In this document: one piece after another, positions 28,088-35,166 of the stretch
Layout: every line of letters begins with the position of its first letter
How positions within the stretch are numbered: the first letter of the stretch is position 1
Made by a program: the position numbers and the translations under genes
Notes under the pieces: generated by a model
The model's input: only the letters and a program-made list of their open reading frames with translations
What the model was told of the DNA's origin: nothing
Databases searched by the model: none
From: an uncultured Alphaproteobacteria bacterium
GTDB lineage: Bacteria; Pseudomonadota; Alphaproteobacteria; CAAGCB01; CAG-977
Length of the DNA stretch: 35,166 bases
Reading direction: 5' to 3'
Assembly: GCA_944392845.1 (NCBI GenBank)
Contig: CALXYE010000095.1
Span: 1-35,166, forward strand

Positions 28088-28714
28088 ATGACGAAAAAAA
28101 AGACGGCGACCGAAACGAAAAAGGCGGCGGCGCCCGCGAAAACAAAAAAAACGCCTGCGAAAAAAGCGAAATCCGTTGAAAAAAAGGCTCCTCCCCGCAA
28201 ACATTTCCTGATTCTGATGCGACACGGCAAGGCGTCCAAGGATTACGATCTGTATGAGGACATTGACCGCCCTTTGAACAAAAGAGGGAAAAAAGACGTC
28301 AAAATCATGCGCAAACAATTGGCCGTTTCGGACGTTGCGCCCGACGTGATCATATGTTCTCCCGCGCGGAGAGTCACGGAAACGTATGAAGAGATATACA
28401 GAGCCTTTCCCGACGTGCCCGCGTTTTCGTCCAAGGCGCTTTATTTAGCGACGGCTTCGGATCTGATGGAACTCCTCCGCCAAGTCAGGGAAGACGTTTC
28501 AAACGTCATGCTGATCGGGCACAATCCCGGATTAGCGGAGCTTGCCGAAATCATATGCGACGGCGCATACAGCGATGACGAAGCGTTTCGGCGCATGGGT
28601 AAAAAATTTCCGACATCCGCCGTCGCCGTACTGGAAATCACGGGAAACTGGGCGGACGTCAAAGATAATTCAGCCCGCCTGATCGCCTTTGCAAGGCCCG
28701 TCGATTATAAATGA
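28088..28714 (+). CDS. sixA: SixA-like histidine phosphatase with a Lys/Ala-rich N-terminal extension
   Basis: LILMRHGKA, DRPL, CSPARR, LIGHNPG and KFPTSAVA. Confidence 0.85.
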   Translation: MTKKKTATETKKAAAPAKTKKTPAKKAKSVEKKAPPRKHFLILMRHGKASKDYDLYEDIDRPLNKRGKKDVKIMRKQLAVSDVAPDVIICSPARRVTETYEEIYRAFPDVPAFSSKALYLATASDLMELLRQVREDVSNVMLIGHNPGLAELAEIICDGAYSDDEAFRRMGKKFPTSAVAVLEITGNWADVKDNSARLIAFARPVDYK

Positions 28715-28734
28715 TACTTTGTTACTTTTTATGA

Positions 28735-28765
28735 AAAAGCCCTCTTCCAAAAGAAGAGGGCTTTT
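28735..28765. terminator. bidirectional terminator
   Basis: aaaagccctcttc-caaaa-gaagagggctttt between convergent genes. Confidence 0.85.
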
Positions 28766-28782
28766 CGTTATTCGGCGAATCC

Positions 28783-30525
28783 TTATCGCGAAGCCGCCTT
28801 TTGATCCAATATAAATTTGGTCAGCGCGGCGCCGCGCAGAGGATGCGGAACCGAAGCCTTTTGTTCCTGAACGGACGGCGCGGGTTCCGATACGGAAGAA
28901 CGTACAGCCTGCGTTTCCTTTAAGGGCGCGACCTCATTTAACGAAGTCCGTTCCTGTTCGACCAAATGATCATGAAAGGATTTGCGGCGGGAAACGCGCG
29001 GTTTTTGGGAACTCTGTTGCTTCTTTTTGCCTCGCGTTTCAAGTTTTTCCGATGTTTCCTTGATTTTTTCCGAAACTTTGAGCGCCTGATTCGCTTTCGG
29101 AGCCGCCTTACGCGCCTCTTTCGCGCGTTTCACCTGTTCCGCCGCCTTGTTTTGGCGCTTTCTCATTTTGTTCACATGCGCCTGAATTTCTTCGGTGCTT
29201 TTTCCTTTGGACACCATTGCGGCCGCTCTGTCTTTAAGGGCGTCCTCGCTAAATTTTAGCGTTTTTTGGGATGTGAGCGCCTTCAGCGACAATTCGGAAC
29301 TCGACAAACGAACCGCCATCAATTTTTCATCCCGAATAGCCGACTTACGTTTTTTAGTTTCGCGATACTTGGATGCATAAGAAGAATCCAAGTCCGCCAT
29401 CTTCATTTCAATGCGCGCCTTTTCTTGGTCGGGCGACAAATTTTCTTCCTCCGCTTTTGCACGGATACCGAAACGTTCGATACGTTCCGCCAACTTTGCC
29501 TCGCGCGCCGTCAGATTTTTGCCTTCCGCCCGTTTTTGCGCGATTGTATCCTTCAAACCGGGCTTGTCTTCCGTTCCGTAGTACTCGGAACGCCAACTTT
29601 CTAACTGTTCCTTAATAATATCCTTGCGAACAGCCGCCATAATATCCTTATAGCCCTGCTTAATCTCGCTAACCAGTCGGCTTTCCTCCCGACGGTTCTG
29701 CATCAAAACGGCGTTGGTCGTCTTTCTGCGCGCCTTCATACCGCTGTCGCGGCGGGCGGAAGGTTTCGAACCGCCGCGCCACAAGGCTTCGACGGCTTCT
29801 TCCCTCATTCCTGCAAAAATCAGAGCGTCAGCCACCTTCATTTCTTCAATTTCCTGCGGAGACAGGGACGGCGCGGCGTCTTCCGCCGCTTTCGACGCCG
29901 CAACGGCGCCGATCAGGACGTCCAACCCCGGAGTCGCCGGCTTTCCGATAAGGTATTCGGGCGCTTTTGCCGCCGTCGGCGCCGCCTTGAGTTGCGCGCG
30001 CGCCAAGGCCTCGGATTTCTTGGAAGCGGAGCTTTTTTCCAATTTGACGCCCGCCGAAGAACACGCCTTCAGCAAGACCTCGCGCGTCGCGGAATCAAGG
30101 TCGGCCGCTACGGCATCCCAGCCTTTTTCGCGAATCGCCGCCAACAGCATCCTGATCTTGGACGGAGAGGGCAAGTTTCTGTTCACGCGGCGGAAAATGT
30201 GCGCCTTGTTTCCCGCGTCAATCACGCCGCCGCCGCCGACAAAATCCACTTTAACGGCTTCTTTTCCGCTTTTAAGCGTAACCAAGCGAACGGTTGATAT
30301 CTTTGAAGCGGCCGAACTGATTCCCGCCCGTTTAAAAGCTTCTTCCTGCTTGGTTTGAAATTTTTTCCAGAACTCAAACAAGCGGCGGGGTTCCTTCGCA
30401 TAAAGTTCGGATTTTTTATCTCCGGACGTTTTTTCTACGGAACCTATAAAAACTTCACCGTTCGGGTTTTGTTTATTTTCTTCCGCCATAGCTTTTGCTC
30501 CTTTGTCCGAGGCATGTTCTGACAC
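28783..30525 (-). CDS. large basic helical hypothetical protein with an LPD7-like domain
   Basis: 580-aa ORF with VIDAGNKAHI...IRMLLAAIREKGWDAV...LLKACSSAGVKL. The start may be the second Met. Confidence 0.7.
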   Translation of the reverse strand: MSEHASDKGAKAMAEENKQNPNGEVFIGSVEKTSGDKKSELYAKEPRRLFEFWKKFQTKQEEAFKRAGISSAASKISTVRLVTLKSGKEAVKVDFVGGGGVIDAGNKAHIFRRVNRNLPSPSKIRMLLAAIREKGWDAVAADLDSATREVLLKACSSAGVKLEKSSASKKSEALARAQLKAAPTAAKAPEYLIGKPATPGLDVLIGAVAASKAAEDAAPSLSPQEIEEMKVADALIFAGMREEAVEALWRGGSKPSARRDSGMKARRKTTNAVLMQNRREESRLVSEIKQGYKDIMAAVRKDIIKEQLESWRSEYYGTEDKPGLKDTIAQKRAEGKNLTAREAKLAERIERFGIRAKAEEENLSPDQEKARIEMKMADLDSSYASKYRETKKRKSAIRDEKLMAVRLSSSELSLKALTSQKTLKFSEDALKDRAAAMVSKGKSTEEIQAHVNKMRKRQNKAAEQVKRAKEARKAAPKANQALKVSEKIKETSEKLETRGKKKQQSSQKPRVSRRKSFHDHLVEQERTSLNEVAPLKETQAVRSSVSEPAPSVQEQKASVPHPLRGAALTKFILDQKAASR

Positions 30526-30534
30526 AATGCGCGA

Positions 30535-32997
30535 TTAGCGCCCTGCTGCACCCTTTTGAACCTGTTGCAAGATGGTCGAAACCTTCTTTTGCATTGATGC
30601 ATCCATTCCCTTCTGAGGAGCATCCATTCCGCGGGCGACCCATTTGCTTTCCAAATCTGCCTGCGCATACTTCATCATCGAATTATTTTCTCCGACTTTC
30701 TGCAAAATCTGGCTGTGAGAAGGCTTCTTGTCTTCTCCGGGGTTCCCACCCAAGCCGGACAAAGAACTCATCATGGCTTTTTGGCTGCTGACCTGAACCT
30801 CTATCTGACTCTTCATCACTTCGGGCGTTACCTTCAATGACGCTTTTTCCTTATCGGGATCCAACGCAATTTGTTTATACGTTACTGCCGTGCTCTGTAT
30901 CGCGGAAATTTCCAGCAAAGCATCCGCCCGAGCATCCAGAACCGCGGCTTCCCGCTTCTGCTTCAAGTCCTTGTCCAAATGTTTCGGATTGATCAAAGGA
31001 ATTTTTTCGGGCTTATCCTTCGGATTCGATGAAACCTTATACTGTTCCGCCATCTTCTTGGCTTTTTCGTCGGCAGGCGTCAACGCTTCTCCCGCAGCTT
31101 CCTTGCGTTCGGCTTCGATCAACGCCGCGCGGATACGCTTGCGCTGTTCCATCGTCGCTTCGATCGACGCCTGTTTTTCCGCCGCGTTCTTACGGCTCAT
31201 AACGTCTTTCATGCAGTCGGACGTAATTTTGTCAACCGCGTCAAAACGTTCCTGAACCTGCTTCTTTTCCTCTTCTGTCAAAGGCGGCAGAGTTTCCGAC
31301 TTATCTTCCTTATCTTGTTTTGCCCCTTTGTCTTCCTTCGGTTTATCGTCTTTTTCAGGACCGTCAGCCTGTTTATCGCCTTCCTTGGGCTTATCGTCTT
31401 TTTCGGAACCGTCGGCCTGCTTATCGTTATCCTTAGGTTGTTTATCGTCAGTCTGCTCCTGCGTCGCTTCTTTTTCCTGCTTCGGCGGCGACGGCGGCAC
31501 GTACGTCCCGTTCACCGTACGGGCGTCAAGATCCAAAGCCTTTTCACGATACGTCGGAACGCCGTTCGCCTTTTTCTGTTCCTGTTGCGCCAGCAGCATC
31601 CGTTCCGCCTGCTTTTTCAATTCGGGCGAAGGCTGATATCCCTTAACTTCCATGCCTAAAAGCGAACAGGCCAAAAACATCTGGCGTTTGAAATTTTCCG
31701 ATCCTTTCAGGTTCGCAACCGTCCAGCCGCGCTTTTGCCCCATGCGAACCATCGTCATGCAGTCCTCCAGACTGGGGCCGTCCTTCGCGCTGGGGTATTT
31801 CATCGCAATGTTTTTCTGACGCGTCTGGAGCGTCGTTCCCGTTTCCAAAGAAATATCTACGGGACAATTCGGATCTTTCGGGTCTTTTTGCGAAATGCCC
31901 GTAATCATCGAATAGGGCATTTTAAATTCGGAAGACGCCGCGCGGCCTTCTTCGTCATAATACCCCAGCCAACGCTTCATATCCTCCGCTTCTTTGAGCA
32001 GATCGATTTCTTCTTCGTTTTCTTTGTCGCTTTCGGCTGCGTTCGCGCGCCCTTCCGCCAAGTCGGCAATATCGCAGAATTCCTGAACGTCCTTAGGCTT
32101 ATATTCGGGAACATGCTGCTTTAACAGCCAATTCATGCGGCCGGCGTACGCATCGCGTTCCTCTTCGGGATAATCGCGTAAATCAACGGCGATATCGTTT
32201 GAACGATTTTCAAATTCCTCTTCCAAGCCGTATTTTTCGACCTTGTCCTTAAGGGCTTTTTCCTCGTCGCTCAGCTCTTCGCCGCCGTTCAGTTTTGCTT
32301 CGATTTCGTTCTTTTTTCCTTCAAGGGCGGGAACATCCTCATAAAATTCGGAACGCGCCATATCCAAAACGACGCCGTCATATTCGCGTTTCTTCGCCGC
32401 CATGAAAAAAGACGGATTTTCCTTATAAAACTTTTTGTTCAGCTCTTCCTTATCCGCATCGGAAGCAGCCGCCGCGGATTCCTGTTCATAGCGTTCCAAA
32501 TACCCGCCCGCCGAAGCGTATTCGGGGTTATTTGCCGCTTCGCGGCTTTCCTTAACAATATCGGCAAAAGATACGGGCTTGGCGTCTTCATCCGCGTGCG
32601 TCAGCTCGCCGCTCAACATAAAGACCAATTCTTTGGCCGCCTTGTCGGAATAATCCGCTTCCTCCAAGAAAGCATCCTTGCTCACGGAATCGGGATCTTC
32701 CGTCAGCTGAAACTTTTCGACCAGATTGTTCAGTTGAATTTCTTCGTTCGTCCATTCGGACTTATCCTTGCCGGCCAGGACGTCCTTTACTTTTTTCTGT
32801 TCGGGAGCACCGTAATAAGCCTGATGAAACTGTTTCAACACGCGTTCGTCATAAGGCCCTTTTTGCGCGACGGCGAAATAATCGGCGTTTTCCTGCGCGA
32901 ATTTTTTATCGATTTCTTCGGCCTGCGACGGATTCGCCTGTTTTTCGGCTTCATAACGTTTCAAAAAGTCTTCGTACTCTTTCAGCAATTCAGCCAT
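30535..32997 (-). CDS. large acidic helical hypothetical protein with internal repeats and an LPD7-like domain
   Basis: GGAGG RBS before the ATG at 32997. Motif MVRMGQKRGWTVANLKGSENFKRQMFLACSLLGMEVKGYQPSPE. Confidence 0.75.
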   Translation of the reverse strand: MAELLKEYEDFLKRYEAEKQANPSQAEEIDKKFAQENADYFAVAQKGPYDERVLKQFHQAYYGAPEQKKVKDVLAGKDKSEWTNEEIQLNNLVEKFQLTEDPDSVSKDAFLEEADYSDKAAKELVFMLSGELTHADEDAKPVSFADIVKESREAANNPEYASAGGYLERYEQESAAAASDADKEELNKKFYKENPSFFMAAKKREYDGVVLDMARSEFYEDVPALEGKKNEIEAKLNGGEELSDEEKALKDKVEKYGLEEEFENRSNDIAVDLRDYPEEERDAYAGRMNWLLKQHVPEYKPKDVQEFCDIADLAEGRANAAESDKENEEEIDLLKEAEDMKRWLGYYDEEGRAASSEFKMPYSMITGISQKDPKDPNCPVDISLETGTTLQTRQKNIAMKYPSAKDGPSLEDCMTMVRMGQKRGWTVANLKGSENFKRQMFLACSLLGMEVKGYQPSPELKKQAERMLLAQQEQKKANGVPTYREKALDLDARTVNGTYVPPSPPKQEKEATQEQTDDKQPKDNDKQADGSEKDDKPKEGDKQADGPEKDDKPKEDKGAKQDKEDKSETLPPLTEEEKKQVQERFDAVDKITSDCMKDVMSRKNAAEKQASIEATMEQRKRIRAALIEAERKEAAGEALTPADEKAKKMAEQYKVSSNPKDKPEKIPLINPKHLDKDLKQKREAAVLDARADALLEISAIQSTAVTYKQIALDPDKEKASLKVTPEVMKSQIEVQVSSQKAMMSSLSGLGGNPGEDKKPSHSQILQKVGENNSMMKYAQADLESKWVARGMDAPQKGMDASMQKKVSTILQQVQKGAAGR
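31333..31449 (-). repeat. 48-nt intragenic tandem repeat (about 2.4 copies)
   Basis: Encodes DKQADGSEKDDKPKEG/DKQADGPEKDDKPKED. Confidence 0.8.
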
Positions 32998-33188
32998 AAC
33001 GGTCCTCCGCAAGATATTTTTTGACGCTTTATTTTACTGTATCATATTTTTTTCCTTTTTAATATGACAAAATTTTGAAAAAACCGCTTTTCATTTTTAT
33101 CGGAAATCTGCCGAATTTTGATTTTATGTTGACAAAAAAATGCCGCCTTTATTGCTAAAAGCGGCATTCTTGGATCAAAAAGGGAAAA

Positions 33189-34385
33189 TTACTTTTCCAA
33201 AACCTTTACGCCCGGCAGGATCTTGCCTTCCATCCATTCAAGGAAAGCGCCGCCCGCAGCGGACAGATAAGACATTTTATCGGCAACGCCCGCTTTTTTC
33301 AAAGCGGAAACGGTATCGCCGCCGCCGCCGACCGACAACAGCTTTCCGGCAACCGTCAGATTGCCGACGGCTTCGGCGATCGTGTCCGTCGCCTTATTAA
33401 AGGGTTTGGTTTCGAAAGCGCCGACGGGACCGTTCCAAATAACCGTCTTGCAGCCTTCCAATTTTTTAATAACGTCTTGGGCTGATTTCGGACCGATATC
33501 CAAAATCATTTCGTCAGCCTTGACGTCATTAACGTCCGCCGTACGCAAGGAAGCCGGATTTTCAGCAAATTCCTTCGCGACAACGACGTCGGTCGGCAAA
33601 ACGATCTCACACTTGGCGGCCTTGGCTTTTTCCAAAATCTCGCGCGCCGTGTCGGCCATTTCCTTTTCACACAGCGAATTGCCGACGTTGACGCCCTGAG
33701 CGAACAGGAACGTATTGGCCATACCGCCGCCGATGACCAAAACGTCAACTTTGGAAACCAGATTGCCCAGCAAGTCCAGCTTCGTGGACACCTTGGCGCC
33801 GCCGACGATCGCCGCAACGGGACGGACGGGGTTACCCAAGGCCGCATCCAAGGCTTCCAGCTCGGCCTGCATCAAACGTCCCGCCGCATTCGGTTTCAGC
33901 TTCGCCATGCCTTCGGTCGAAGCGTGGGCGCGGTGAGCGCAGGAAAACGCGTCGTTAACGTAGATATCGACGTTTTCCGCCAACTTCGCCGCAAATGCGG
34001 GATCGTTCTTTTCTTCTTCGGCATAAAAACGCAGGTTTTCCAGCAGAACGACGTCGCCGTCCTTCATTTCGGCGACGGCTTCGGCGACCTTCGGGCCGAT
34101 GCAATCGTCAACGAACTTAACGGATTGTCCCATCGCGGACGCCAGAGCGTCCTGAATCTGCTTCAAGGACATTTCGGGGTTGCGCTGACCTTTCGGACGG
34201 CCGAAATGCGACGCGACGACGACTTTGGCGCCTTTTTTGACCAGCTCTTTCAGCGTCGGAACCAAACGGTCGATACGGGTCGTGTCCGTGATTTTTCCGT
34301 CTTTAACGGGAACGTTCAGGTCGGCGCGGACAAAAACGACTTTACCCGCGGGCTGCAGATCGTCGAGAGTATTGAATTTAGCCAT
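33189..34385 (-). CDS. pgk: phosphoglycerate kinase
   Basis: [41 protein letters not shown] and GGGDT. Confidence 0.97.
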   Translation of the reverse strand: MAKFNTLDDLQPAGKVVFVRADLNVPVKDGKITDTTRIDRLVPTLKELVKKGAKVVVASHFGRPKGQRNPEMSLKQIQDALASAMGQSVKFVDDCIGPKVAEAVAEMKDGDVVLLENLRFYAEEEKNDPAFAAKLAENVDIYVNDAFSCAHRAHASTEGMAKLKPNAAGRLMQAELEALDAALGNPVRPVAAIVGGAKVSTKLDLLGNLVSKVDVLVIGGGMANTFLFAQGVNVGNSLCEKEMADTAREILEKAKAAKCEIVLPTDVVVAKEFAENPASLRTADVNDVKADEMILDIGPKSAQDVIKKLEGCKTVIWNGPVGAFETKPFNKATDTIAEAVGNLTVAGKLLSVGGGGDTVSALKKAGVADKMSYLSAAGGAFLEWMEGKILPGVKVLEK

Positions 34386-34460
34386 AAACTTTTTTCCTTC
34401 TTTATTATAAGAAAACGGCTCCCTCCGAAAAGGGAGGAAGCCGCTTTTTTTCGCACTTTA

Positions 34461-35166
34461 TTACAGGAACTTCGCCATAGCGACAGCCGTGTCGGACATA
34501 CGGTTGGAGAACCCCCATTCGTTGTCGTACCAGGACATGATGCGCAGGAAGTTGCCTTCGATGACCGTCGTTTGATCCGCACAGAAAACGGAGCTGTGAG
34601 AATCGTGCGTGAAGTCAGAGGAAACCAAGGGCAGTTCGTTATAGCCCAGAATGCCCTTCAGTTCGCCTTCGGCGGCGGCCTTCATCGCGGCATTGACTTC
34701 TTCCTTCGTGACGTCGCGTTCCAAAACGACCTTCAGGTCAACGACGGAAACGTCGGGCGTCGGGACGCGAATGGCGGAACCCTGCAACTTGCCCTGCAAT
34801 TCCGGCAGAACCAGACCGACGGCCTTCGCGGCGCCCGTCGTCGTCGGAATCATCGACAGAGCGGCAGCGCGGGCACGGTACAGATCTTTGTGCAGCGTGT
34901 CAACCGTGCGCTGGTCGCCCGTATAGGAGTGAATCGTCGTCATATAGCCGTGCTTAATGCCGAATTTTTCATGCAAAACTTTCGCAACGGGAGACAGGCA
35001 GTTCGTCGTGCAGGAACCGTTGGAAACGATTTTGTCTTCGGCCGTCAAAGCCTTGTCGTTAACGCCGAAAACGACCGTGCGGTCGGCGCCCTTGGACGGA
35101 GCGGAAACCAGAACGCGCTTGGCGCCGGCTTCCAGATGAACTTTCGCTTTTTCGGCGTCGGTGAAA
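34461..35166 (-). CDS. gap: type I glyceraldehyde-3-phosphate dehydrogenase (5' part outside the window)
   Basis: [34 protein letters not shown] and WYDNEWGFS. Confidence 0.96.
   Translation of the reverse strand, partial: FTDAEKAKVHLEAGAKRVLVSAPSKGADRTVVFGVNDKALTAEDKIVSNGSCTTNCLSPVAKVLHEKFGIKHGYMTTIHSYTGDQRTVDTLHKDLYRARAAALSMIPTTTGAAKAVGLVLPELQGKLQGSAIRVPTPDVSVVDLKVVLERDVTKEEVNAAMKAAAEGELKGILGYNELPLVSSDFTHDSHSSVFCADQTTVIEGNFLRIMSWYDNEWGFSNRMSDTAVAMAKFL

Overview
A 35 kb chromosomal window of about 50% GC. It is most consistent with a Rhodospirillales-like alphaproteobacterium (inferred from rpmB, galU, the hisA-hisE-HIT order, ppk1, pgk and gap). Contents in order: an S41 peptidase; a Zn/aspartic-type protease + inactive-transglutaminase-7TM + ATP-grasp ligase operon; an LDH/MDH-family gene; a ygiW-qseBC-like two-component locus with a PmrA/QseB-type box; a small tandem-repeat peptide gene; tRNA-Arg(CCG); rpmB; an aac(6')-like gene broken by one in-frame TAG; a CecR/YbhG-type ABC exporter; a GNAT; tRNA-Arg(CCU); an ATP-grasp/esterase pair; galU; an MFS; hisA-hisE-HIT; a trypsin-like pseudoprotease; ppk1-ppk2 and sixA; two large LPD7-like paralogues; pgk; and a partial gap. 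No integrase, transposase or CRISPR array is visible. Two signals stand out. (1) Five orphan or accessory proteins with no obvious signal peptide end in a similar Ala-rich/basic tail with a terminal Arg, and two of them carry LPD7-like domains. This suggests a dispersed set of type IV secretion substrates. (2) Both Arg tRNA genes are followed by tandem repeats with one shared design: a tRNA 3' end split in the T-loop by a structured insert, an inverted T-arm copy, and a terminator. The inserts differ between the two loci.
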